From Eledone cirrhosa (taxonomy: Eukaryota), in assembly GCA_964016885.1 (NCBI GenBank), contig OZ024746.1, positions 94,860,001 through 94,924,000 on the forward strand: a stretch of 64,000 nt of DNA, written 5' to 3'. Under the pieces are notes generated by a model. It saw nothing but the letters and a program-made list of their open reading frames with translations, was not told where the DNA came from and ran no database searches. The position numbers were made by a program, and so were the translations under genes. Below, piece by piece: positions 27,961 to 41,378 of this stretch (position 1 is its first letter; every line of letters starts with the position of its first letter).

Positions 27961-28196
27961 TATCTGGAGATCTCTCTGCACTTGTCATCACATGGTACCA
28001 TGGGCCTAGCACTATGTGTCAATAATGGTCACAGGTGTAGTCTTTGTACCAGAGTTTTCAAGTCGCTGGCTGGACTAAAAAGTCACATTCGTTCAGCGCA
28101 TCGGTAGGGGTTCTCCTACATGGATATAAAGTAGTGGCCGTACTCGAAAACGAGTTGGCAGCCACCATATACTATACGATAGTATATATATATATA

Positions 28197-28587
28197 AGTA
28201 TTAAGTTGTTAAACAATATTCGATAATTATGTCAAGGATGAGTTTTACAGTAGATTGGAAGCACTCAACGAAAAATAATTTTCAGGAGTTATTAATATTA
28301 AAATATAAATATTAATAAAATAGATGTTCTTTTGATCAATTATATTTTATTATACATATTTCGGATGTACAACAGTACGTCCTCATCAGACAAAATATAA
28401 TGATACATGACATACCCTGAGATGTTAAATGGTTAAGATTTAATCAAGGTAGTCTTAACCATTTAACATCTTAGGGTATGTCATGTATCATTATATTTTG
28501 TCTGATGCGGACGTACTGTTGCACATCCGAAATATGTATAATAAAATATAATTGATCAAAAGAACATCTATTTTATTAATATTTATA

Positions 28588-28595
<8 letters not shown>
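28197..28595 (-). mobile_element. PLE pLTR (family F) with ~145 bp inverted arm
   Basis: 28296-28438 is the reverse complement of 28453-28595. (TA)n flanks. Confidence 0.8.
28340..28400 (-). ncRNA. Type I hammerhead (the mirror copy at 28491-28551 has CTGATGC)
   Basis: ttatattttgt-CTGATGA-ggacgtac-tgtt-gtacatcc-GAAA-tatgta-TA-ataaaatataa. Confidence 0.85.
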
Positions 28596-28654
<59 letters not shown>

Positions 28655-28759
28655 GTTTCTACTTTTGACACAAGGCCAGCAATTATCCCAGTGCATTACT
28701 GGTACTTTATTTTATCGACCCCGTAAGGTTAACCTCGGCGGGATTTTATATATATAATA

Positions 28760-28921
28760 TAACGAAGGAGGTGTGGTAAGGAACCAGATGGACCATAACG
28801 CACCAGAGTACTCAATACTTGGGGTAGTAGAGTGGGTAATGAGAAAATGTTTGACCCCGACGGCAGAGCTCAAGAGCCGTCGAAACGACTGAGCTCTGCC
28901 GTCGGGGTCAAACATTTTCCT

Positions 28922-29000
<79 letters not shown>

Positions 29001-29200
29001 TATATATATAACAAAGGAAATGTGGTAAGGAACCAGATGGACCATAACGCACCAGAGTACTCAATACTTGGGGTAGTAGAGTGGGTAATAAGAAAAATTA
29101 TGACCCCGACGGCAGAGCTCAAGCTGTTTCGACGGCTATTTCTGGACTGAAATAGCCGTCGACACGGCTTGAGCTCTGCCGTCGGGGTCATACTTTTTCC
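28760..29200 (-). mobile_element. Two family A PLE 3' ends with fold-back arms, in tandem in (TA)n
   Basis: Copies at 28760-28920 and 29010-29200. Confidence 0.8.
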
Positions 29201-29864
29201 TATATATATATATAGAGAGAGAGAGATTGAAGCAAATTACTACGATTAATACATGATTGAGTTAAATCCTCATTTTTCCTCTCTATTTCTTTCATTCCTA
29301 TCCTCCTCCTCTCTCCCCCTTTCTCTCCTCCAACTGCCCTTCCTCCCTCTACCCCTGTCTCTCGTCCACCTCCTCTCTCTCCCTCTCCTCCTCCTCTCTC
29401 CTCCACCTCCTTCTCACCCCTCCCTCTCCCACTCCCAGTGTCTCCCCTTCCTCCCCCTCGCCTTCCTCTCCTCCCTCCCATTTCCCCCTCCCCCTGTCTC
29501 TCCTTCACCTCCTATCTATCCCTCTTCTCCTCCCATCACCCCCCCCTTCCCCGTCATCCCCCCTTCCCCATCATCCTCTCCCACACCCTTCCCCATCCTC
29601 CTCTCCCCCACACTTCCCCATCCTCCTCTCCCCCATGCTGCTTTACTAATCTCAAAGACACTATCTATCTCTGCTGATTAGAAAATAATGATAATTACAA
29701 TGGAATAAAACTGTATATAGAACCTTCTAGCCAACATGGCTTCCACAATGACTTCCACGTGACATTGATGAGATCAACTTAAGATGGAAATATATCATTT
29801 GAAGGGAACTTACGCTATTATCAGGAAATATAAATGAAATAGATTAAATACATTTCTACAGTTG

Positions 29865-30990
29865 AGTGGTATAGTATGGTATAGTTTGGTATAGTATGGT
29901 GTGGTATAGTTTAGTGTAGTATGGTGTGGTCTAGTATGGTGTGGTATAGTATGGTGTGGCATAGTATAGTGTGGTATAGTATGGTGTAGTATAGTATGGT
30001 GTGGTATAGTATAGTGTGGTATAGTATGGTATAGTATAGTATAGTGTGGTATAGTATGGTGTAGTATAGTATAGTGTGGTATAGTATGGTGTGGTATAGT
30101 ATTGTGTGGTATAGTATGGTGTGGTATAGTATGGTGTGGTATAGTATGGTGTGGTATAGTTTAGTGTAGTGTAGTATGGTGTAGTATAGTATAGTGTGGT
30201 ATAGTATGGTGTGGTATAGTATAGTGTGGTATAGTATGGTGTGGTGTGGTATAGTATGGTGTAGTATAGTATAGTGTGGTATAGTATGGTGTAGTATAGT
30301 ATAGTGTGGTATAGTATGGTGTGGTATAGTATTGTGTGGTATAGTATGGTGTGGTATAGTATAGTGTGGTATAGTATGGTGTGGTATAGTATTGTGTGGT
30401 ATAGTATGGTGTGGTATAGTTTAGTGTAGTGTAGTATGGTGTAGTATAGTATAGTGTGGTATAGTATGGTGTGGTATAGTATAGTGTGGTATAGTATGGT
30501 GTGGTATAGTATTGTGTGGTATAGTATGGTGTGGTATAGTATGGTATGTTATAGAATGGTGTGGTATAGTATGGTGTAGTATAGTATGGTGTAGTATAGT
30601 ATGGTGTGGTATAGTATGGTGTGGTATAGTATGGTGTGGTATAGTATGGTGTGGTATAGTGTGGTGTGGTATAGTGTGGTATAATGGGGTGTGGTATAGT
30701 ATGGTGTGGTGCAGTATAGTGTGGTATACTATGGTGTGGTATGGTGTGGTGTAGTATGGTGTGGCATAGTATGATGTGGTATAGTATGGTGTGGTATAGT
30801 ATGGTGTGGTATAGTGTGGTATGGTATAGAATGGTGTGGTATAGTATAGTGTGAGATAGTATAAAGGTGTGGGGTGGTATAGTGTAGGGTGGTATAGTAT
30901 GGTGTGGGATAGTGTAAAGGTATGGGATAGTATAGTGTGAGATAGTATGGTGTGGTATAATGTGGTATATTATAAAGGTGTGGCGTGGTG
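29865..30990. repeat. Pentamer-based satellite (TAGTA TGGTG TGGTA)n
   Basis: Direct inspection. Confidence 0.9.
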
Positions 30991-32054
30991 TTGAGCGATA
31001 CGAGTGGATGAATTGATGAATATCGGCGAGAGTCTATAGCTGCTCCCAATAAACAGAAGCAAGAATTGTCAATCGGATGTAGATTGGTTATAATGGAAAG
31101 AACAGGTAAGGAGGAATAGTGTTAATGAGTGTTGAACAGGTAGTACAACTAGAGAAACAGGTAAGGGGGAATAGTCTTAATGAGTGTTGAACAGGTAGTA
31201 CAACTAGAGTAACACATAAGGGATTATATTTGGGAGAAAAAAATAATACATTTTAAGGATATAGCAAAATAATGTATAGTAGAAAACGAAAAATATAATT
31301 TGGAAAAGTCAAACTTTAAAGGAAAAAGATCTATTAGGTATAATTCAATGCTAGAAAGAGGATAATGTGCGAGAAGGACCTGGTCGTCCCTTATCCTTTC
31401 TTTAGTTAACCCTTTCATTACCGCATTGAGAGATGGGGAGATTCAGGGAGACGGAGGCAGTGAGTGGAAGGGAGAGAACATCAACACTTATTTACACTGT
31501 TTTAATTAATTAATAAAGAATTTTGAAGGATTTACTAAAATTAAACCTTTCGCGAATAATTAAGGAAAACATTAAACGGAAAATTTTTCTCCCTACATTT
31601 TATACTAATTCACATATCCCACTTACTATGATATACTTACTATGATATACTTACTATGATACACATATTCATTTTGATAAATAACTAAATAGATAAATAG
31701 CAACTTATCAGCTGTATTGCAAATTAGCGTTATAACTAGTGGAAATCCCATTCCACTTCGTAATTTTGACCCCTTACCCATAAAATAATGACCTTTATTG
31801 TAGTCCTTAAAATTGAGACCCTGATGTTAAATGTCAAGAGCTTTGTTTACAACTAACTCTCGCTCTCTCTCTTTCTCGTTCATTTTCTTTCTCTCTTACT
31901 ATAGTTCTCTTTCTTTTCTCTCCCTATAACTTTCTATTTATCTAATTGCCCGTTGAAGACCGAAACGATTTAACATGAAATTGTATCAAACAATAGGGGA
32001 AAGCTATATATCTTAGTTAAGATCTTGAGCAATAGATATATATTGATTTTACAC

Positions 32055-33123
32055 CAGAGGCCCTCAAAGTGGGCGCTACCACCCCTTAGGGGGCAATAAG
32101 AAAGTTCGGGGGGGGGGGGGATTAAGGGTAAAAATGATATAGTAATATACGTATTATATATAAAATATATATATTTATTTATACATAGTATATATTATAT
32201 ATAATATCATGTATTATATATGAATTAACGATTTTATTTATTATATAGTATATGCAACTAGCAGAAAAACCACCCTTCTGGTGGTTTTCTGCTAGCATGT
32301 GTAGTGTATATATTGATATTATACGCAAGTATATATACATGTAAATATGATACATAAAATAAAATCGTAATTGACAATATACACAGAAATTGAAGAGAGA
32401 CTGTGTTACACTGTCTTCTGTAATCAGTAAAGTAATCCATGATACATTAAAAATAGACGATATTATATATAAACTGCATTAGGAGAAAATTAGTGACGGA
32501 AATATATGAATGTTTATTTAAGCGATAGCAAACCGGAAGTGTTGACATTTGAAAATGTTAAAGAAGTGAATCTTAAAATAAGCAACAACAAAAAAATTAG
32601 TCATATTTAATCAAGAGCATAGAGTTACGGTCCTTGCCATTCTGAGTTCACATCCCGCCGAGGTTAACTTTGCCTTTCATCCTTACGGGGTCGATAAAAT
32701 AAAGTACCAGTAATGCATTGGGTAATTGTTGGCCTTGTGCCAAAAGTAGAAACAATTATTTATTCAAAGTAATGGATTGGCAGTATCGGTAGAGGGTCGG
32801 ACGCCATGCTTTGACGCATAGAGTTACGGCCCTTGCCATTCTGAGTTCAAATCCCGCCGAGGTTAACTTTGCCTTTCCTCCTTACGGGATCGATAAAATA
32901 AAGTACCAGTAATACACTGGGTAATTGATGGCATTGTGCCAAAAGTAGAAACAATTATTTATTCAAAGTAATCCAACTTATTTTACAAAAGGGATAAAAA
33001 CATATATTCTGGACGTAGTCCCGCACTCCTTTCTTTATTATGGTTAAGATTTGCATGTAGGTAGCTCTCTCTGGAAATAGGGGGGGGGGGGGGGCATGAC
33101 CCCCAAAAGTTTGAGAACCTCTG
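32055..33123. mobile_element. hAT-type MITE containing a nested Helentron-like element and two SINEs
   Basis: TIRs CAGAGGCCCTCAAAGT and CAGAGGTTCTCAAACT. 8-bp TSD TTTTACAC/TTTTTCAC. Confidence 0.7.
32258..33050 (+). mobile_element. Helentron-like repeat interrupted by two SINEs (32615-32755, 32774-32955)
   Basis: Colinear with 7872-8338 outside the SINEs. Confidence 0.7.
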
Positions 33124-33900
33124 TTTTTCACCTTCACGATTCTCGATTATCCATAAGTGGAGTTTTTTTTCCCACTGTTACACTGATTCGGTATATATAT
33201 ACATGCATATATATATTTATATATATATATATATATATAAATCGGGCCACAGTGGATCAGAAAAAAATAAATTACTTTCAAAAGCTAATTTTAGTTGTAT
33301 ATTTGAGTAAAAATGAAAGCGCGTGATCTACCCTGTTGGTTGGAAAATGGGTTATATAAAGATAAGAAGCTAATATTTCTCTAGGTTAGCAGCTGGCAGG
33401 CACTTCATTTTTATATTTCTGATTCACTGTTCCCCAACCGAAGTACACACCAAATCAATCCCCAGGGAACTGTAAATCAACAGAAGATTGAAAAATTCAA
33501 AGAAGTCCCAGAGTGAAAGCCTCTATATAGTTTATTAACATGTTTTTGAGGTGTAGGCTGCGTTACAAAACTGATCATAAATATCTCTCAAACATTCATT
33601 GACAAATGTTAGAAACCCTACTTAACAAAAAATTTCATTCACAGAGTTTCAAAAGCCATTTTAAAAATAGAAAACGAACCGATCGTCAGATTGAACCATG
33701 CAAATGATCTTTCCATTGCTGATACTATCTGCCGGTGGCAACTTCTGGAGATAGAGCCGGGATTTGAACTCAAAACGTACAAAGCCAGATCAAATACTAG
33801 ATAGCATCCGGCTATGGGCTCGAATAATAAAGTTCTTTGAAAAAGCATATAACAAAATTAACAGTTTAAGCCTTAAGATAAACACACCATAAAGCATTAA

Positions 33901-34120
33901 CCCTTTAGCATTCACATTACTCTATATATACTATTATATTTTCATGGTAAAGGCTTTACTTCGCATAATTATCTCACATAATATCGAATCTATGAGATTT
34001 TGAAAGTATTTATTTTGAGAATAATACCTTAACATCAGTTTGAGCGACCAGTTACAGCGAGTTTCAACAGAAAAAGGTAGAGAATTCTGGCCGGTTTGGG
34101 CCGGTTTGAACATTAAAGGG
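33901..34120. mobile_element. piggyBac-type MITE
   Basis: TTAA|CCCTTTA...TAAAGGG|TTAA. Diverged inverted copy at ~38528-38744. Confidence 0.75.
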
Positions 34121-34205
34121 TTAAACTTATGTTAACCATAAAAGTAAATGGAATCTCTGAGTATTCTTGTTATTCAACTAAAAGTCATTCTCGTATATAA
34201 GTAGG

Positions 34206-34363
34206 TGCGAGTGGGCTGGTTGCTAGAAAGCGCAGCCCAATATTGCCCAAATTGCATCTCAACCTTATGGGAGATTATTAAATATAAAGATTTACATATA
34301 CACAAACCAGACAAAGTCACAGATATATATTGGGCTGCGCTTTCTAGCAACCAGCCCACTCGC
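34206..34363. repeat. Perfect 37-bp inverted repeat with ~85 bp spacer
   Basis: GCGAGTGGGCTGGTTGCTAGAAAGCGCAGCCCAATAT and its reverse complement. Confidence 0.9.
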
Positions 34364-34430
34364 CGTAAGCAACCAATCACATTCTTTCTCACTTGACCAC
34401 TGCCACGTCACAGTTCTTAGCCATTTTGAA
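34325..34430 (+). promoter_or_regulatory. Putative Pol II promoter
   Basis: ATTGG (~34329), CCAATCA (~34373), GCCACGTCA, CAGTT and GCCATTTT clustered within ~100 bp. Confidence 0.4.
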
Positions 34431-34480
34431 TTCGTTTCTGGCGGAGATCACTTAAGAAAATACTTTGTCCAAATGAGTTT

Positions 34481-34560
34481 GTTTCCTGATGAGTTCGAAG
34501 CTCGAGATTTTATCCTTAATAGGATATTTCCGAAAGCGAACGCAACCCTAGGGTAGAAAC
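34481..34560 (+). ncRNA. Type I hammerhead fold with GCAA in place of GAAA
   Basis: gtttc-CTGATGA-gttcg...cgaac-GCAA-ccctaggg-TA-gaaac. All three stems pair. Confidence 0.7.
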
Positions 34561-34871
34561 GTAATCCTGGTATGTGTAAATGCATTTTTTCTTCTAGCTT
34601 TAATTTTATACCTAATTGTGTATGGTTGACGTTATATTTAATCGATTTGCACGTGCTGTTGAAATGTTGGGTAAATATTCTATGGCCGTGGGTCGCGAAG
34701 AGATTGGTGTAGTTTATTTATCTACTGTTTCTTCATAGGTGCCTTTTAATCTTATAGCCTGGTCTAATTGATTTTTTGTGTGGTTAATTATGCTAATTGG
34801 GAGAGGAAATTATGTATATATATTATCAAATGATTCTATGGACATATTTTATAGTACATATATATATATAC

Positions 34872-34917
<46 letters not shown>

Positions 34918-34947
34918 ACATATATATATATACACATATATATACAC

Positions 34948-35003
<56 letters not shown>

Positions 35004-35189
35004 AGATCAATATCCCCACAGGTACTAGGTACCTACGGAAATATATAGGGTGTCTATAATACATTTGTTGTTCAATGGTATTAATTTGAGATACCAGAAC
35101 TATAAAATTGAGATGAGCGGAACAAGTAAACTTCAAACATTCTTTTAAAATAAATTAAAATACGATTTAAATATTTACTTATCCAAATT

Positions 35190-35268
35190 GCTTTTACCGA
35201 CGGTTTCGCTTCACAAAAGATTGGAAATCCAAAGGACTTCAAATGGAAAGATCGGCTCTTCAGAAAGC
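35190..35268 (-). ncRNA. Type I hammerhead
   Basis: gcttt-CTGAAGA-gc...gc-GAAA-ccgtcgg-TA-aaagc. Confidence 0.75.
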
Positions 35269-35934
35269 TATTTCCATTACATAGGACTTAAAGTCCCCTA
35301 GCAAGCAAACACATCGCCTACTGCCATTTCCGTGGGTACTCACTACCTGTGGGGATATTAATCTCATGTTATGTATATTCTCCCATGTGTAGAGAAAAAA
35401 CGTTGTACCTAGCTGCTATTTTTAGTAGTGTGGCATACAAATAGTGTATAATATTCCCGCTTTCACTAGACGACTAGTTCGATCTTTCACTAGCTGGCAT
35501 ATCGAAAATTATTTCGAATAGGCTACATAGCCGGTAAACCCTAAAGGGATGCAACACACGCATCGCTATAGCGTTTCACCAGCCCCTTTCTTCCTCAATC
35601 ATTACATAGATGTGTGTGTGTATGTAATAATGATTTCGTATGTGTCTATTTATGAATATGTATGAGTAAATATGTGTGTATATGTCAGTTTGCACCTCTG
35701 TTGTCCGCATCTGTTTATGTATTTCTGTGTAAATGTGTGTAACTAAAGCAAAACGTACGTTACGAATGGCTGACTAAATGATTTTAACTTGTTTTTTAAC
35801 AATTGATAGTGGAAAAAGTTTCAAATTATCTTTACTGAGACCGTAAAGGACTTAAACTCATGGTTTTTGACACTCTTACTGAATACATAGCTTGGGAGTC
35901 TATTTTATCGGGACCGGCTACATAGCCACTTCCT

Positions 35935-36443
35935 AATCTTAACTATAATAAAGAAAGGAGTGCGGGATTGCGTCCAGAATATATTTTCTAACCCCGTTTG
36001 TAAAATAAGTTGGATTACTTTGAATAAATAATGAACGAATATTACATAATTTATGGGCTAAATTTCGTGGCTGTTGATTAAATATATTTTATAGCTTATT
36101 TAAAGACCTTTAAAATTCACTTCTTTAACATTTTCAAATGTCAACACTTCCGGTTAGCGGCCGTTATATTATAACACTTATAAAAATATCGCATATATTT
36201 CCGTCGTTAAATTTCTCCTAATGCAGTTTATATATAATATCATCTTTTTTTAAATATATCATGGATTATGTTACTGATTACAGAAGACAGTGTAACATAA
36301 ACTTCGTTCAATTTCTGTCTATATTGTCAATTACGATTTTATTTAATGTATCATATCTACATGTATGTATACTTGCGTATAATATCAATATACACACTAC
36401 ACATGCTAGCAGAAAACCACCCGTACGGTGGTTTTTCTTCTAG
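35935..36443 (-). mobile_element. Helentron-like repeat
   Basis: Reverse complement of the 7872-8338 family. Confidence 0.65.
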
Positions 36444-36964
36444 TTATTTTAACTGATGATAACGAAGGGACAGGCTTTTACCTAAAAGACATGTTTAAAC
36501 AAAATCCAAGTATTTTTGTAATAAACTGCTTTTCAATATTTAAAATATTTGATAGCCGTATCTAAATGAGACAACAAATATGACTTATATGACACAGCTA
36601 TATTTTCTACAGTTGGTAGTTGCAGATACGTGAGCAAGTTTGTTTAAACATTTATTTCATTTCACATCATGTCTGATAGTCGGCAAACATGTGATGAATA
36701 TACATGTATGTGTGTGTATGTATGCATATATGAATGTATGTGTGTACGTGTGTGTATGTATATATGTGTGTATTTATATATGTATGTATGTATGTATATA
36801 TGTATGTATGCATACATTCATGCATATGTGTGTATGTATGTATGAATGTATGTATGTAATTATACATTCATGCATATATGTGTGTATGTATGCATGTATG
36901 TCTGTTTATATGTTTGTATGTTTGCATACATGCATGTATCCATGTATGAGTGCTACTTGTAACA

Positions 36965-37780
36965 GGTAACCTAGTACAACTTGTCGGGTCATCGGCGACT
37001 AAACCGGCAACCCCACCAAGTTTACTTGGTAAGGAGGGTGATTTTGGACACCCCGCAGGACTAAAAACAAAACCTGACAAAGGGCGGAAGAACTCATAAG
37101 AGTCAACGGCCATCCAAAAATGTTTAAATATGTATATACCTATATGAATGTGTATATATGTATGTATATGTATATATGTATATGCAAGTATACATATGTA
37201 TATATATATATGCGAGGGGACAGAAATAATCGGGCTGGATACCCGATCGCGCGGTTAAACCACTAGGAGTGAAGGACCCCTAGCCTTTGTCAGGGCATTC
37301 TTCTCGGAGAAGGCAACTCAGGTAACTGGGATAACTCCGATATAAAACCTGCGGCTCAGTAGTTACCGATGATGTTGATCTTTTCTTCTTTTCGTGTTAT
37401 AGCTACTGTCGCTCAGAGAGTGGGATTGGCTCAGTGCACAGTCTTTCCACACTTTAAAAAAAATCTTCATGCACAGGCATTGCACGATGGCATTAATTAA
37501 TAATTATTAATAATTGTTTCTACTTTTGGCACAAGGCTAGCAATTATCCTGTAAATTACTGGTACTTTATTTTATCGACCCCGTAAGGATGAAAGGCAAA
37601 GTTAACTTCGACGGGATTTGAACTCAGACCGTAAAGGGACGTAACTATGCTAGAAAGCATGGCGTCCAACCCTCTACCGATACTGCCAATACACCGCCTA
37701 TTATTAATAATTATTAATAATGTTATTTCGTGCAATGGCCATACTCGATAACGAGGGGGCAGCCATGATGTATGCATGCA
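36965..37780 (+). mobile_element. RTE-type 5' leader repeat with a SINE inserted at 37512-37700
   Basis: Colinear with 43430-43825, which lacks the SINE. Confidence 0.6.
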
Positions 37781-39269
37781 TCATTATTGTTCATCAACAT
37801 ATTTCTTTCATACACAGAGCCTTGTTAGAAAAGCTTTGTAACAAATGTTTTCCCAGAGATCACCACATGGTCGTGATATTGTCTCGGTCCTTGCGAAGAG
37901 GTTTATTTCTTTAAATCATGAATATGTTTCTGTTCCTGTCATGCTAGATAAGACTTCTGTTCCTGTCATGCTAGATGTAACATCTGCTAGATGTCACATC
38001 TGCAAGATGTCACATCTGCAAGATGTAACATCTGCTAGATGTAAAATCTGCTAGATGTAACCTCTGCTAGATGTAACATCTGCTCCATTGACTCTCGCGT
38101 TAGTTAATTCTTTTCTCACTAAATATTTGATATCCAAATTTAAAGAGTTTATCTATTTGGGGGATATATAAACCATATGCCGATACTGCGAAGATGCATG
38201 ACTGAGTGCTTAGTGTGTTGGCCCCACTACAGCACGATCATGAGTTCGATCACGGATTGGCCGGCGTAGTATGACCTTGAGTAAGACATTTTATATAACG
38301 TTGGTCCAGCCCACTCAACTGGAAAACATGAATTGAAACGACATTGGTACCAAACTGTATCGGTCTTTATTTCTCTATTGGTAAACATTGGTGGTGTCGA
38401 GGAGGGAGACCTGCATACATGGTCGATTATTAATGTTCGACGAAACATCCTCCCCGAGTTTATGCCTCGGAGAAGCGCACACCCATCTTTCATCAGTACT
38501 GGATGTAATACACACGGCCAGTCACCATTAGCTGTTTACCATTTAAACCGGCTATATATCCGGTCAGAATTCCCTCACCTCATTCTGTTGAAACCGGCTG
38601 TAACTGGCCACTCATACTAATGTTAAGGTATTGTTCTCAAAATAAACAATATCAAAATCTCATAGATTCGATATTATGTGAGGTAAAGTGTTTACCACGA
38701 AAATACAATAGTATATATAGAGTAATGTAAATTCTAAAGGTTTAAAGAAGGTCCTTTCTCTCACCTACCTCGATATTGAGGAATCCTACATCACTGTTTC
38801 CTACCAGGTACTTATAGGAACTGTTTGATATGATCGACTAAAATCCCTTGAATGTGTTGCCCCAGCACGGCCGCAGTCTAATGAAACACATAAAATAATC
38901 TGAAAAAATGGCGCCAAATTACGTGCAAGATTTACAGATAGCAATCTTATGAACGAACTAAGAAGTATTCCATTATCTGTCCCATCTCATATCTCTGAGT
39001 TTTCCAAATATAAAACAGAACTAACCTTCACATGAAGATACAAGATAAGAAATTTCATTAAAATTTTAATCGCTCATTGTCGTCTTTGGTGCACCAGTAT
39101 TTGAATCATTGTTACAATCTATTTAATTAAAGCACAACATTTTAACTGAGGTTGTTTAGTGTGATGGCCTGCATTTCTATAATTTTGTAAATCTTAATAT
39201 TCAGTAATGTTTTTGCAGTGTTTTTATAAGATCATTTCGGCACTGAGGTATCCCTTAGTGCCCTTGTAA

Positions 39270-41378
39270 GGTCTTTTACAACAATGATGTGTCCCTGAAG
39301 TGTCTTTTACAACAATGATGTCTCCCTGAAGTGTCTTTTACAACAATGATGTCCCCCTGAAGTGTCTTTTACAAAAATGATGTTTCTCTGAAGTGTCTTT
39401 TACAACAATGATGTCTCTCTGAAGTGTCTTTTACAACAATGATGTCTCCCTGAAGTGTCTTTTACAACAATGATGTCTCCCTGAAGTGTCTTTTACAACA
39501 ATGATGTCTCGCTGAAGTGTCTTTTACAACAATGATGTGTCCCTGAAGTGTCTTTTACAACAATGATGTCTCCCTGAAGTGTCTTTTACAACAATGATGT
39601 CTCCCTGAAGTGTCTTTTACAGCAATGATGTCTCCCTGAAGTGTCTTTTACAACAATGATGTCTCCCTGGAGTGTCTTTTACAACAATGATGTCTCCCTG
39701 AACTGTCTTTTACAGCAATGATGTCTCCCTGAAGTGTCTTTTACAACAATGATGTCTCCCTGAAGTGTCTTTTACAACAATGATGTCTCCCTGAAGTGTC
39801 TTTACAGCAATGATGTCTCCCTGAAGTGTCTTTTACAACAATGATGTCTCCCTGAAGTGTCTTTTACAACAATGATGCCTCCCTGAAGTGTCTTTTACAA
39901 CAATGATGTCTCCCTGAAGTGTCTTTTACAGCAATGATTTCTCCCTGAAGTGTCTTTTACAACAATGATGTCTCCCTGAAGTGTCTTTTACAACAATGAT
40001 ATCTCCCTGAAGTGTCTTTTACAACAATGATGTCTCCCTGAAGTGTCTTTTACAGCAATAATGTCTCCCTGAAGCGTCTTTTACAACAATGATGTCTCCC
40101 TGCAATGTCTTTTACAACAATGATGTCTCCCTCAAGTGTCTTTTACAACAATGATGTTTCTCTGAAGTGTCTTTTACAACAATGATGTCTCCCTGAAGTG
40201 TCTTTTACAACAATGATGTCTCCCTGAAGTGTCTTTTACAACAATGATGTGTCCCTGTAGTGTCTTTTGTAAAGTCTTTTACAACAATGATGTCTCCCTG
40301 GAGTGTCTTTTACAACAATGATGTCTCCCTGAAGTGTCTTTTACAACAATGATGTGTCCCTGTAGTGTCTTTTGTAAAGTCTTTTACAGCAATGATGTCT
40401 CCCTGAAGTGTCTTTTACAACAATGATGTCTCCCTGAAGTGTCTTTTACAACAATGATGTCTCCCTGAAGTGTCTTTTACAACTATGATGTCTCCCTGCA
40501 ATGTCTTTTACAAAAATGATGTCTCCCTGAAGTGTCTTTTACAAAAATGATGTCTCCCTGAAGTGTCTTTTACAACAATGATGTCTCCCTGAAGTGTCTT
40601 TTACAGCAATGATGTCTCCGTGAAGTGTCTTTTACAGCAATGATGTCTCCCTGAAGTGTCTTTTACAGCAATGATGTCTCCCTGAAGTGTCTGTTACAAC
40701 AATGATGTGTGCCTGTAGTGTCTTTTACAGCAATGATGTCTCCCTGAAGTGTCTTTTACAACAATGATGTCTCCCTGCAATGTCTTTTACAAAAATGATG
40801 TCTCCCTGAAGTGTCTGTTACAAAAATGATGTCTCCCTGAAGTGTCTTTTACAGCAATGATGTCTCCCTGAAGTGTCTTTTACAGCAATGATGTGTCCCT
40901 GTAGTGTCTTTTATAACAATGATGTCTCCCTGAAGTGTCTTTTACAGCAATTATGTCTCCCTGCAGTGTCTTTTACAACAATGATGTCTCCCTGAAGTGT
41001 CTTTTATAACAATGATGTCTCCCTGAAGTGTCTTTTACAACAATGATGTCTCCCTGAAGTGTCTTTTATAACAATGATGTCTCCCTGCAGTGTCTTTTAC
41101 AACAATGATGTCTCCCTGAAGTGTCTTTTATAACAATGATGTCTCCCTGAAGTGTCTTTTATAACAATGATGTCTCTCTGAAGTGTCTTTTACAGCAATG
41201 ATGTCTCCCTGAAGTGTCTTTTATAACAATGATGTCTCCCTGAAGTGTCTTTTATAACAATGATGTCTCCCTGAAGTGTCTTTTATAACAATGATGTCTC
41301 CCTGCAGTGTCTTTTACAACAATGATGTCTCCCTGCAGTGTCTTTTACAGCAATGATGTCTCCCTGCAGTGTCTGTTA
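39270..41378. repeat. 31-bp tandem satellite, ~65-70 units
   Basis: Unit GTCTTTTACAACAATGATGTCTCCCTGAAGT. Confidence 0.95.
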
